A stretch of DNA of 64,000 nucleotides from Schizochytrium sp. TIO01 (lineage: Eukaryota > Protista > Bigyra: Labyrinthulomycetes). Below, piece after piece: positions 1-12,500 of this stretch; within the stretch, counting starts at the first letter, position 1, and every line of letters starts with the position of its first letter. Below the pieces are notes generated by a model. That model saw only the letters and a program-made list of their open reading frames with translations. It was not told the DNA's origin and ran no database searches. The position numbers and the translations under genes were made by a program. The stretch spans positions 1,550,001 through 1,614,000 of the forward strand of contig SMSO01000004.1 of NCBI GenBank assembly GCA_004764695.1, in the 5' to 3' direction.

Positions 1-708
1 GTGCCGCCCAAGTGGGCTGCTGACAAGCTTCATGCCGCCGGAATTCCAATTATGAATATGGTTGGCGCACCAAAGCATGTTGACAAGGCTATTGCAAGCG
101 GTGCAGATTTGATTTGCGCTCAAGGTACAGAAGCTGGTGGTCACACTGGAGAGATCGGCACGTTGGCTCTCATTCCGCAATGCGTCGAACGGTGCAAGGG
201 TCACAAGTCCCAACTCGATGGTAGCCCAATCCTTGTGGTGGGTGCAGGAGGCATTGTCAATGGTGCTGGTATTGCTGCCTCTCTGGCGCTTGGCGCAGAG
301 GCTGTTTGGGTAGGCACTCGCTTTGTGGCAAGTACAGAAAGTCACGCCAGCGACCGGCACAAAGCACGTGTTGTTGAGATTGGAGCTCTCGATACCACCC
401 GTACCCTTATTTACTCTGGGCGTCCACTCCGTGCATACCAGTCTTCGTATGTTCGTGATTGGCACACAAAGCGCAAGGAGCAGATCGACGAACTGTGCGA
501 GAAAGGTGTCATCCCTTTCAGTTATGACTTAAAGCAAGCTGAAAAGAATGGCGAGCATTTTGATCTTGCTGGTAACTTTCCTCAGCTCATTGGCCAAGGT
601 TGCGGCCTTATTAAAGACGTCAAGCCTGCAGGTGAGATCGTGGAGGAAATGATGAACGAAGCTTTGGAGATTCTGCGCAAGTCCCCTTCCCGTATTGCAA
701 AGCTCTAA
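1..708 (+). CDS. Nitronate monooxygenase / 2-nitropropane dioxygenase family FMN TIM-barrel flavoprotein, 5'-truncated by window edge; ends in AKL (PTS1)
   Basis: Motifs ICAQGTEAGGHTG, VVGAGGI, LGAEAVWVGTRF and YSGRPLR; C-terminal ...SRIAKL*. Confidence 0.88.
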   Translation: MPPKWAADKLHAAGIPIMNMVGAPKHVDKAIASGADLICAQGTEAGGHTGEIGTLALIPQCVERCKGHKSQLDGSPILVVGAGGIVNGAGIAASLALGAEAVWVGTRFVASTESHASDRHKARVVEIGALDTTRTLIYSGRPLRAYQSSYVRDWHTKRKEQIDELCEKGVIPFSYDLKQAEKNGEHFDLAGNFPQLIGQGCGLIKDVKPAGEIVEEMMNEALEILRKSPSRIAKL

Positions 709-932
709 CTGATCTATTTTCACACGCAGAGTAAATTTATTTCATATATATTTTTCGCTTGTTTTCTTGTCTAAAGGAAGATCCCACCAAGGCCCCATAC
801 TTCATAGTATCTTTTCAACTGAGTTTGGTACAAGGACAAATAAATTTCGCCAATTCAATCATCCGAGTAGCGCAGCATAATAAGAGATAAAAACAGGCTG
901 AAGTATGTTTGATTAGAGCTAATAAGGTGGAT

Positions 933-1820
933 CTATAACAAGCGGCGTTTCTTGGCGGTGTTTGTGTATGTATGACGGACCCATTCGGTCTCTGCGTTGC
1001 GATCGTCGACAGTGCCGAGTTTAATCTGAAAGAGCTGCATCTCGAATCGAGGTCCAACTTCGCTGAGCTCGACCTGTTCCTTGTCTGTTGTGTTTGCCTC
1101 GCCTCCAATCTTCTTGAATGTGTGGTGTCGAAAGGAAATAAAGTCACGGTTGTTACTGAAAGTCAAAACGCGGGTGGACTCAGGTTTGGGCACAGGGAAA
1201 AGGTATTTGAGAATATTGGTAACACGGTCTCCGAGCGCAGTGCTAAAGTTGTCGAAGATCAGGTGCGGGTAAGCTTCGGACATAGTGCCGCAGTCCTCAA
1301 TGTCATGGCGCATGACAGCATTAGTGAGCGAAAAAGTTGCGGTAGGTCCATAGGGAAGATGGCAAACCACGAGGGCATCAGGCTCACCACGGTGCTCCTG
1401 GACAAAGACAATGTCAGTGAAGTCGTTTGCACGGCAGGTATCTACAAGTTCTCCGAGCTTGACATTACCACGGTTAATACGCTGCGAATTCGGGAAGAGA
1501 AGTCGCACCTCTTTTGCGAATTGCTTAAGGCGCGAACTTGGGTCCATAGATGTAGTGACGCAGATTTTGGGGTCGCGAACTCCGGCACTCGCGTACTCGT
1601 CGTCGATGTGGCTCTTAGGCTTGATGGTATGTTCATCATCGCGGTCAAGCTCTGCTCGAAGCTCTCCTTCCTCCGCGCGAAGCTCGGTGGGAATCGGCTT
1701 GCCCTCCGCAAGAGCATCGCGAATCTGACGCTTCTTCTCGTACTGCTCACGCTCCTTGCCCTCCAAGGACTTGCGATACAGGTACTCCTTGCGGAGGCGA
1801 ATGTGCTTCCGCATCGACAT
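933..1820 (-). CDS. IMP4: U3 snoRNP / SSU processome protein IMP4 (Brix domain)
   Basis: N-terminal R..R.RKEYLYRKS, IPTELR, DDEYA, PKICVTTS.DPSSRL.QFAKE, EHRGEPD.L.VCHLPYGPT, ISFRHH, ELSEVGPRFEM. Confidence 0.96.
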   Translation of the reverse strand: MSMRKHIRLRKEYLYRKSLEGKEREQYEKKRQIRDALAEGKPIPTELRAEEGELRAELDRDDEHTIKPKSHIDDEYASAGVRDPKICVTTSMDPSSRLKQFAKEVRLLFPNSQRINRGNVKLGELVDTCRANDFTDIVFVQEHRGEPDALVVCHLPYGPTATFSLTNAVMRHDIEDCGTMSEAYPHLIFDNFSTALGDRVTNILKYLFPVPKPESTRVLTFSNNRDFISFRHHTFKKIGGEANTTDKEQVELSEVGPRFEMQLFQIKLGTVDDRNAETEWVRHTYTNTAKKRRLL

Positions 1821-2222
1821 CGTCTTGAACCACTACGCAGCACCACAAAACACCGCAAGGGAGTCGACACTAACCAGGAATTGGCAAGCCTCTGCGACGA
1901 GTTTGCCGCGAGTTCTAAAGGAGCGCTTCGTCCACCACCAACAATAAACTACTCGTCAACAGAAGAGGCCTAAGAGCCAATTTGGGCCCTTTTAAGAATA
2001 ACCTAACCTGTAACTTAGCCTAACCTAGCTTAGTCTGATCTAATCTAGCCTAGGCCTATCTACCACCTAGAATCAACCTAATGTGATTCTTTGTTTTTTT
2101 ACTGATAAAAATTGACGATGATGGGCAAATAAACCAAGTTCGTGAGTTTGGAGTGCGGAGACACAAACAAACCGTTAAGAATCTTGAGCCCGATAGCAGT
2201 GCTAGGTGATTGTCCGAGACAG

Positions 2223-2426
2223 ATGGCGGACGTGAGCATGGCACAGGAGCAAGTGGCGCCGGAAGATAGAGCAAGGGCGAGGCTGAAGGCAGAGAAGTTA
2301 TGGCAATGGGATCTCCCAGCTCACTTACTTGAGGCCAAGCTTGTGCGGGCTAGGAAACAGGTGGAACAAGAGTTACTCCAGAAATATATTGATGAGGAAA
2401 AAGCAAAGGACGCTGCCTCCGCATAA
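2223..2426 (+). CDS. Small hypothetical helical protein (~67 aa), divergent from IMP4
   Basis: ATG at 2223 (MADVSMAQEQ...) in the 2142-2426 ORF; coding-like composition between AT-rich flanks; no recognisable family. Confidence 0.45.
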   Translation: MADVSMAQEQVAPEDRARARLKAEKLWQWDLPAHLLEAKLVRARKQVEQELLQKYIDEEKAKDAASA

Positions 2427-2854
2427 AAAATGTTCTGAAGATCATAACTAATTGCAGAAAGGGATGCTCCTTAGGAAAAACTACTCTTTTTCTTGACATA
2501 TATTCGTACGCACTGAAATGGCAGAGCTGCAATTGCTCAGATTGAACCTTATAAAACGAATCTAGAAAGTAGCATGAATTCTAAGTCTTAAATTTGTCTA
2601 TTAATTTAGCACGAATTCCAGCCATGCTATGTGGAAGTGCTTACTATTATATTTCAAGGACACACAATCGAACTTTTCTCCCTTTAACGTTTCGGGTTCT
2701 CCCGAAGAATTACTTCATTTTGAGTTTATTTGGTTTCAGAGCAATATAATCCAAATTTGCTGGTGAAGAATATGCAGTAATCTATGAAATTAATTTTCCT
2801 ATTAACTCCGGAACAGAACAAGCAAAACAAAAAGGTTCGAAACTAAGTTTAGCT

Positions 2855-5811
2855 TCATGAGCGCATCGGGTTGGTCTTCGGTTTGAGAGTGTGCTGCCAG
2901 GCCACCTTTCTATTAGTCAAAATACGCAAAACTTGGAGAGATGAATCGACGACTGTATCCTTACCCACAAGACGCACCTGGCCACCAGGAGTTCGGGTTG
3001 TACCCTCAGCACGAATGAAGTCTCCTTCGAGTCTATAAGCCTCAATCACGTTATGCTTAAGAGCCGAAAAAATGTCCTCTACAGTGCTGCCAGGCAAAGC
3101 TTGCAAGCACTCTTTACGTTGGGCTGACTTTAAATCTGTAGACGGGTAAACGAGCGTCGGCTCGCGAAGAGCCACAGCAGAACTAATACAATCTACAACA
3201 CCAGTTGAGCCAAAAATGTCCATCACTTTCTGGGCAGCTTCGAGCTTTGTTTGCAATCCCTCTTTCACTGAATCTCCGACTTGAAAAGATGAGGAACCGA
3301 ATTCATAGGTGATCTTGTTCTCTGCAGCCAGAGAAAGCAAATGAGTTTCGAGCATCGCACTGCAAGGTACTGCAACATAGCCCTGTTCCAGAGCAATCTT
3401 TTTGGCGTACTCCAACTTGGCCAAGCCTTCTTCCATACCAGTCTTTGCATTGAGAACAAGGCGGTCACTCTTGTTCAAAGCAAGGCACATTGGAAAGCGG
3501 ACACTAAGGAAGTGCGCAATGAAACGATGAAGGTCGGCCCGCGTCCAAGTTTCTGCAACACCAGGATCAAGCTTACTACGCGCCGCGGCCGCCGCAACAA
3601 TACTCTTTGTGGGACCTTGGTACCCAGTAAGCAGGGCAACGAGGCGGGCTTCTGCAGCGCGATCTGAGGTCTTGTCACGTGAAGCACGAACCACACCACG
3701 CCATTTTGCAATTACATTTCCAAAGATCCAACGATGAAGCTCCTCGCGGACCCATTTGATGTCTTCTTCAGCAGACGAAGCCGACTGAAGATCATCCATA
3801 ACAGCCACGCCATTACGGTCACTTGATCCAGATACATCTACCACGTGGATGAGGACATCAGCATCACAAAGGTCATTAAGAAACTTGTTTCCCTTACCTT
3901 GGCCCTTGTATGCGCCAGGAATTAGCCCAGCCACATCCTTAATGAGCAGAGGCAACAAGCGCCGACCTTGGCCATCTCGACCATGTTCAGTCGCCCAGTC
4001 CTCAGCACTTTGCGCCATAGATGGGTCTACATGGTCAGCGACATCATTGGAAGCCCACCAACCCACGCCAAAGTTGGGCTCAATTGTAGTGAAAGGGTGC
4101 GCAGCAACCTTGGCCATGGTCTGAAGTCGTGTTGTACAACAGAAGAGAGTAGACTTGCCTGCAGATGGTTTGCCAACAAGTCCAACTACGAACTTTTTCA
4201 CACCACGCCCCTTGGCAATGTGGCCTGCGTCTTCCACTGGGCTAACTTGACGGCGCGCAACCTCGTAACAAGCCTCTCGGGTAGCCTTTTCCACAAGCGC
4301 AGATTCTGCATCTTCTTCGATCTCCTCCTCCCAAATCTTACGCGTACCAGGTAGGAGATTCTCATTGTCCTCGTCTTCGTCGTCAGACCCATCTGTTGGG
4401 TCAACATTCGCAGGCTTAGTTGAAGAGGCCTTGGCTGTCAAGAGAGCAATGTTATCAGGATTTTCAAGCCATGTCTCGGCTGCTGAAATTGCTGTGTAAA
4501 CACAAGGCATACCTGCTTGTTCCGCGAGTTCGGAACGAATTTGCTGGAGGAGAAATTTCTCGGCCCGCTCTGGGAACTGAAGCATGCCAAGAGAGTGCTC
4601 AAGATTTGCTTTCGGTGTCTCTTCAGGGTAAGAAGCGGGGTAGGATACGACAAGCTTTAATTTTTCGTGCAGGGGCGAGTCCGGACATGAAAGAAGAAAC
4701 TTGAGAATACCACAAGGCTCTCCTGCGTCCGCGGGAGCCGCTTGCTTGATCTCCATCGTGTCAGGGTAAATCGACTCCATCGCTTCAATCTCATCTCGTT
4801 GCTCCGCAGCGGATTCTGCTGAAGCACACATGATCTGTGCAGGAGGCTCTTCAGCCTTCGACTTCTTGCTCGCTGCCTCTAAAGGTGCAACTGGTGCAGG
4901 AGCGGGAGGGGGTGTCTCATTACTACCAATTTCGAGGACCTTAGCGCTCATGATTCGATCATGCTGGTCGGTGAGGAAATCTACAATCAGGTTGCGGGCG
5001 TCAGCCTTGGAAGGGATGAGATGGCCTTGTTCGTGTACAAAGATGCCGGGGTTCACAAATCTCGAGGCCAACTGTTGGCTAGACTCAACAGGAACTACCT
5101 GGTCAGTCTTGCCCATGATATGCAAGCTTGGAATCTCAATGCCTTCAGGGATGTCAACATCAGCCCAAAAGGCAGGCATGTTGTTCATACCCGGCGCTCC
5201 ACCAAGTAGAACAAATTGCAGCCCCTAAGAAATCAATATATAAACAAGTGGCAAAGGCAAAATCATCCCCCCCCATAAAAAACGAAAAGATCATCATGCG
5301 CAACCACATTAACATTGCAAGACCAATAGTCGTACACAATGTTTTGTGTTAGTTTCGATCAACCATATCATCATTCATTCTGTCGAGGCGCAGCCGCACT
5401 TTTTCAAAACAGTGTCAATGTTGCTCTTCAAATGCTGCAATGCTGCAAACTTACCGGAAACTTGGAGGGCAACGCAGCCATTCTAGCAGCGGCCGCAGCG
5501 CCCATAGAGAAAGCAATAATGCCGTCGAAGGGCCCCTCTTCAGACCAGACTTTCTCGAGCATACGGAATGATTCTTGGAAAGTTCTGAGCTTCTCCTCCT
5601 CGCTTTCCATGTACCTCCACCAAGTCCTTACAGGAACAGAATCACCTTCTCGCAGGGGGAGTTCGTGAGGGGCATCTATGAAGACGAGGTTCGCGAGGTT
5701 CTTGACCTTTTTAGGCAACCAGCCCAGACGGGAGCGAAAGATCTCCTTTGTCTGGCTGCTGCCATGCAGGCAGAGCACGCGCAAGAGCTTATCGCTGGAA
5801 GGAGTCGCCAT
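2855..5811 (-). CDS. Fusion protein: FSH1/OVCA2-type serine hydrolase + RWD domain + OBG-family GTPase (YchF/Ygr210-like) with C-terminal TGS-like domain; 2 exons (5811-5455, 5224-2855), ~908 aa
   Basis: Exon 1: LCLHGSSQ, FIDAPH, GPFDGIIAFSMG. GTAAGT donor at 5454 and TTCTTAG acceptor at 5225 join in phase 0 (KFP|GLQFVLLGG). Then PSLHIMG.TDQVV...HEQGH (D/H of triad); RWD EQRDEIEAMESIYP...YPASYP; GTPase G1 GKPSAGKST, G2 HPFTT, G3 DVAG, G4 NKSD. Confidence 0.88.
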
Positions 5812-7323
5812 GGTGAACGAAAAGGCGCGAAATGCGCAGTTCTGGGTTTGCTCCAAAAACAATCGACTCGCCACATTCATCCATTTGCATCATTTATCAT
5901 TTCTTCTCATTCACTCACTTATTATTTATTACCACTATTACTTACCTTACCTAGTCCTAGATTGACTAAAAATGTAATGCAATAGGTAGATAAGTAAAGA
6001 GCACTAGGTACATGTAATTAGCCTTTCAATACTTTTTCTTTTTTTCAAGGTTCCTGTTTTTTGTCAAGTCTCTTTGTGGGCGAGAGAATTAAGGATCAAG
6101 GACGGCTGCGGCTTTTCTTTTGCATGAGCTTTTGCAAGAATTCTGCATCGCACCAGTGAGTAATCAAAATGCAATTAAGCTCAGCGTGATGATAAGTCAG
6201 GGCGCAGAACGTGAATGAAGGCCCAAGATTGCAAACTTCATGCTTCTTGGCAGAATGATTCTTCTTCAATCGTATTAGGAACGGCAAGTTCGGCGTACAT
6301 TTCAATTAAAGGCTGAGACGGCAAAGATTGCAATCTTGTAATTCTGCAGTATGGAGCTTAAGAAATATATATGCGACCATGTAGCTGGATTTCGTAGCTT
6401 TACACCAGAGTAAAGCTGGAAATTGTGCTCAGAAACTGATGATATATTGCAAACATTGTTTTAAAAGAAAAAAAGCACTAGAAGAGGATTCTATCAAATA
6501 TGAATTCTAGCTTGTTCGCACCACAATGTTATGGTGAAAGGTTCGATATATCTATTATGCAAGACAACCAGAGCAATTTTAGAGTAGACAAGGTCGAGTA
6601 TACGAGTCTGTATAGCCATTTTGGAGAAGTAAGTATACGTCTTTTCAAACTAGTCAGGTGGTGGCGGCTTGTTTAAGCGAGAAGAACATAGGCATTATGG
6701 AAATGTGGGTAGATTAGCGGTCGAGAACCCCTAGCTCTTCACGGACAACTGCAACATATGTTCCACTAGGTAGGTTCCTAAATGCAATATGATCAATCGA
6801 TTTTAACTTTTCTTCTTTTCATCATGATGCATTGCTCCGTCGCAAAGTTTGATTGAATAACTTTACTCCTGCAGCTCAAAAATCATATAAACACTATGCG
6901 CCAAACAGTACTTCACCAGCAGCAGACTAAATAATAGTTCAATCTTTCCTGAATTTTTCCAACGATTGAACTGAGATAAGTACAAGGAATACCCAAGCGA
7001 ACTTGCCCAAGTGGAATTCATCCGCTATCACGGGTTCGTCTCAAAATGCTTCAAATAAACCAAGGGGGAAAAGTAGCATTTTATATTTTATAGTCTTAAT
7101 ACTTGCCTTCGCTCAAAAGCAAGCAAGCTGGTACACGTGCAGCGAATACAGGCTCAAGGCAACCCCCTGCGCATTATATGCCTCATTACTTCAAGAGAAA
7201 ATAGGAAAGGATACCAAGGTAGGATGGCAATGTACACATTTCGCAGGCAGACCACGTTTTTTAAAAAGCCGCAGAAGAGCCCCACTGCTCTCAAGGCCTA
7301 CACACGCTTTATCACCTGCTTTA

Positions 7324-8127
7324 TCACCTGATGTGTTGTGCAGATGCTGCTCTGCCGGGCGTAGTGCGCCCTCCAGTAGCGTGCGATCTTCCTCTCGCGG
7401 CACCCTGTGGACCAGGTCCGCCCTGTCTCGGGTTTGATGCCGATCCACGCGGCTGGAATCGCCCTGGCGAAGGTCCCTGGCCAGACCCTTGAGAAGGACC
7501 ATACCTAGACCTCGCAGGAGACTGGCCAGACGAATTTCCCTGAGTCGGGCGGTACCTCCCAGGGCTGTTTGCATACCTTGACGTGGATGAAGGTCTTCCA
7601 GAGGCAGAAGTTGATGCTGAGGCACTCTGAGCACGAGCCGCGAGAGAAGAAGACGAGGTCCTGGAGCTTACAAAGGTGTCGTAGTCATAATCTGCCTCCT
7701 GTTCAGCACGGTGGACGCCCTTCTGCTTAACAGTAGCCTTAATTTTCTCAATCATACGCTCTTCTCCAGTTTTGTTGGCATCTTCACTGAGCGGGTCCTC
7801 AATCACCACCTCGTCATGCGAAACCATTGAAACACCAGCTTCGACGCCTTGCGTTCCACGGGACTCTCCAAATCGGTCAAGCTTCTTGCGACGGTCTATT
7901 GCCTCCGAAGCTGCTCGAGTCCGACGGAAGAGCTTGTAGCGCTGCACACATCGCACAAAAGTGCCTTCGGCGTTGGGAAGGTACGCAATGTCAAAAACAA
8001 CATCACTCTCATCAGGGATCGACCTTCTGTGCACAGTGTTTTCATCGTCAGATGCTCCCAGGGTGAACATGGGAGGCACATTGTTCGTCGTGCGAAGCGT
8101 CGCAGGAAGGTTGTTTGTGTGGAGCAT
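7324..8127 (-). CDS. Hypothetical protein (267 aa) with low-complexity S/G/R/P-rich C-terminal half
   Basis: ATG-initiated ORF with coding-like composition, flanked by AT-rich DNA; no family motif recognised. Confidence 0.6.
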   Translation of the reverse strand: MLHTNNLPATLRTTNNVPPMFTLGASDDENTVHRRSIPDESDVVFDIAYLPNAEGTFVRCVQRYKLFRRTRAASEAIDRRKKLDRFGESRGTQGVEAGVSMVSHDEVVIEDPLSEDANKTGEERMIEKIKATVKQKGVHRAEQEADYDYDTFVSSRTSSSSLAARAQSASASTSASGRPSSTSRYANSPGRYRPTQGNSSGQSPARSRYGPSQGSGQGPSPGRFQPRGSASNPRQGGPGPQGAARGRSHATGGRTTPGRAASAQHIR

Positions 8128-9533
8128 TATGGTTGAGGTTTAGGCGAACTTCAAAACAGATATGATATGAGTGGTCTGCTATGAGGCTTTGGAGCTTTAG
8201 GAGGAAAGTCGCAAGGACCTGAAATGGCTCGTGAAGATAGACTCGGAGTGGGTTGCAAACGCTGGTCTACCGCGTTTTAATTAATTCAACTACTTGCTCC
8301 TTGTGAGCACGTATGCAAAAGCAGAGCCTTGACACAATCGTTGTTTTGCGAAAACGAAGTCGTTGACCGGAGCCTTGAAGACGGAGAGAAAGAAGACAGC
8401 AGGTGTCAGAGAAGTCGAATGAAGACACAGGAGCCACTAAAGGAAGCAAAGGAAGGCCGCAGAAGTGCTTGTGCGGATTACGTCGTAAATAACGCAGCAG
8501 CCAGTGAACACCAGAATGCACCAAAAGCTTGATTAAGGGGCTACGAGCGCGGAGAGAGCAGCTGCGCTCAGCGGACGCTCCGAATGGGCTGCTAGCCCGA
8601 AGATTAAGCTTTACTACTTTCTCAATCTGATTGATAATCCTCTCGAGAAACTAAATTATTAAAGATGGTCAGGCCTAGTAGTAACCCCTAGCTGTTCTAA
8701 CTTTAAAAACTAAATTATAAGACGACAAGAACAACTGTGAACTAGAAAGGGTATTCCGTTCTTTTCAATTCACAAAAGAACAGATGACACCCAGAATTCT
8801 AGTGAGGTGCCAAAAGTTGAAGCGGAATTGATACTCAAATTCGTGGTCCTCAATACAACTCACGTTTGATGCGCACTACAAGTGACTTAAGTTATGTTGC
8901 ACCAAACATATAATGTTATCTTTTGAAGGATATATACACTTACAAGTGATTTTTAGATTATCTTGCATTAAATTCTATACATCTGTCCAGAATGTCAAGC
9001 AAGATGTCAAAAGTGACAAGGTTAAGCTCTCAACTTCCGTTCATCAGCCGCATCCGCATCCCACCTTGCTTTCTCGTTTCATGTTATAAGGAAAAGAAGT
9101 CAGGCACGAGCAGTGTATTCGCAAGTGCCAAGTTCCCTTCATATACTACTTTGAAAGCTGTCGCAAAGGAGCGCAAATCTTACTCAAGCAGCTTGCTTAG
9201 AATGTCTTCATTTCATAATCTTCACCTCTTCGAGATCAAAATGAGACGATGGAATATGAGTCAGCAAGCTATGAACTTCATTGTTCGAAAGTGTTTCTTA
9301 GATATTTGAATAAAAATTAGTGTCGAAAAAGCATTGTAGTGCAGAGATCAAACAAGCATGGAGCTTGAGGAAAGGTAAACAAAGAGTAATGAAATTGCAC
9401 TCAAATAGTTATGGCTCGCGTAACGTTGACGAAGCGCTTGAGAATGATGGTGAACTTTGGTTTCTTTTCTATTTGGTTTATTTGTAAACACTTGGTATAC
9501 GTTGCGGTGATGCTTAGTTCAACACTTTTATCA

Positions 9534-12500
9534 CTAAAGAGAATTCTCACTGGCCTCTGTGGCAGCAACCATCGAGGAAAATGTGGAGTTGGGGTCAGCA
9601 AGAAGATGATCCGGGCTGTCGAACTCTACCATATTACCATCATCCATGACAAGGATGCGCTCACAGTGACGGATTGTGTTAATGCGATGTGCGATCATAA
9701 TAACAGTACTATCAGCGAACGCAGTCTGCACAACCTTTTGAATTTGCTCATCGCTTCGCATGTCCAAAGCAGACGTGGGCTCGTCCAGCACAACTACCTT
9801 CAAAGACTTGCGAAGGATTGCGCGCGCGAGAGAAAGTAATTGCCGCTCACCAATAGACAGTGATAAAGAGTTATCTTCTTTTCCTTCGGACTCTGGCTTC
9901 AAAAGGTCTCGGCTCAAACCAACACGGTCCATTGCCACCAAAAGCTCTTCATCAGTGTGTCGACGGAAAGGGTCCAGGTTACCACGCAAACCTCTTGATT
10001 TGAGAAGAAGCGGCTGTTGTGGAATGATTGTCAGAGATGATCGCAAAAGTTGTAAACCAATTTTGGAAATGTCTTGGCCATCCATGAGAATGCGCCCAGA
10101 GGTGAGTTCATGGACTCTGAAAAGTGCAATTGTCGCTAGGGTTGACTTGCCTGAACCTGATCGGCCCACTACGCCAACCTTTTGACCTCCTTCGATTGTA
10201 AAATTGAGGTTCTTCAAGGCTGGAGGGAGGTCAGGTCGGTAGCTAAGAACCACATTCTGGAACTCTAATCGCCCATGGGGCGGCCATGCCCGGTCTGAAA
10301 CAGGAATTGTGGCCAACTCCAGTTCCAGTTGGGTGAATGAGGACTGATCATGGACTTTATCGATGCTTGAATTAGGTCTTGAAGATGAATTTTCACTACC
10401 CACAATAAGCTCTTTGTCTTCTTCTTTATACCATGCTGGCTCCTGTGGAACTTTGTCACTTTTGAGCTCGATAATCCGCTCAAGACTTGTTAGAGCAGCA
10501 AACCCAATAGGAAGAGCGTTCGAAAGAATGGCAAGGAAGTAAGGAAGTAGCAAGCTATAAGAAACAGCTAGTCCCACCAACGCAGGATCATATACTTCAC
10601 GACGTAATACGACCACCAAGGCGGCACCACATGAAAGCATGAATGAAACCACGCCGCTTACAAGAGTGCTAAAGTTCACCAAGGTATAGCTAAAGTACAG
10701 ATTATTTGAGTAGCGATCCACATGAGTGTAATGACGCTTGCAGAAGAACTCCTCCAGTTGCATGCACCGAATCAGCTCACGGGCGTCAATGGTCTCAGAA
10801 ATGTTACTCAAAATAGGAGACAGCGACTGATTCGCATAACGCTTTACCTCACGATTTGAACGATCGACTGCAACTACTTGCCAACAGAAGAGTGCCAGGC
10901 CTAGAAAAATAACTGGAACGAGCTCAGGTACTACATAGCATACCACAATCGCAAGAGAAAGTAAGAGAAAAGTAAATTGAAAGACATCGTCAAAAATGAA
11001 GGCCAGCTGGCGATCAATCATGGAGAGATCACCCGAGAATCGGGAAACGATGCGCCCAGAGGGAGTTTTCTCGTACCATGTAATTGGTGCGTGAAGAATC
11101 CGATCGATGCATGAGCCATGAACATTCTGTGAGGCAGCAACCGACGAACCAGTATTGTGCAAAGACAAAATCTCGATACCAATTACATTGCAGATGCCCA
11201 AGGTGATGTAAATTGCTGCATGGTGCAAGTGCTCGTTTCGATCAGTAATTGTCGAAGCTTGGCTCACCCAGTTTGCCAAATAAAGATCACTCGCGCCCAT
11301 GAATGCATATGCAGCAATTGCGAAAACAAAAGAAAATGGTACACGATGACGGCCCATTGCACTCATATATTCCCGTACAATTTTGTATGCAACCGCACCC
11401 TTCTCACCTGTCTCCTTGGTGACCAGAGTATGGTGGCGAACAAAATCCTGTTCTTTGGAGCCCTGCACAGACTCCATCTCAGAGGACATAAGACGCATTT
11501 CAGGATGACCTTCATAGTACATTTCATCTTCGAGAACGTCATCCTCCCTGAATTCTTGTCTTTCACAATAGTTTTCTCTGCTCTTGCTATGTTGACGACC
11601 ATGGCCATCATCTTCATCCTCCTCCTCTTCATCTAGGGTTGCAACAGAAGCATTAGAGCTTTCTGATAATGGTTCATCTACTTTTGATGTCGGTACTTGA
11701 TTGAAGTCCTCTTCAGGGCCAACATTGTTTGAATCAAGAAGCTGAATATCATCATTTGATGCAGTTGTCGTCGAAGAAGGAGTTTCTACTTCATTAAGCT
11801 TTTCGTCACCGTGCATCATTCTCCACAGTGGACCTCCATGGCGAGCCATGAGTTCACCATATGGCCCTTGCTCAGCAACACGACCTGAGGCGCTGTCATC
11901 CATGACAATTATATGATCAAAATACTGCAGAAGGTGCAGCTGATTAAGTGTCATTAATACAGAGCGCCGGGCTCCTTGTGGAACTCGAAGGCTGGATGAC
12001 CGGCCTAAAAAGCCGAGTACTGTTCGACGAAACAAGTTGTTCGCAACCTCTGGGTCCACAGCGGCCAAAATATCATCCATCAGCAACAACTCAGCATCGT
12101 GATAAAGAGCACGTGCAATGGAAAGGCGTGCTGCCTGGCCTCCTGAAAAAGTTTGGCCACGTTCGCCGATTTCTGTTTCGGGTCCATCTGGCATTTGTGC
12201 TAGATCTACGTCAAGTGCAGATGCATGAAGAATACGATTGAACTTGTCCTGATCGAAGGGGTGTCCCATGACTACGTTTTCGCGTGCAGTACCACTCATG
12301 ATAAAAGGTCTTTGTGGAATATATGCTACCTTTTCGGTCATTCGAACATGCCCCTTGTCAAGAAACATTGAACCCAACACAGCGCTCAAAAGACTCGATT
12401 TACCGCTGCCCACTTTGCCAACAACAGCTACCAGGTGGTTTTGGCTTCGTACGGTAAAGCTGATGTCATATAGACGAAATTCTGTGAACTTAGCAGCGAC

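Noticed and set aside
972-1973. 333-aa plus-strand ORF overlapping IMP4
   Set aside because: Antisense shadow of a conserved, codon-biased gene; no motifs
12040-12100. Non-canonical Walker B (LLLMDD) and FSGGQ signature in ABCC NBD1
   Set aside because: A degenerate NBD1 site is normal for the ABCC family
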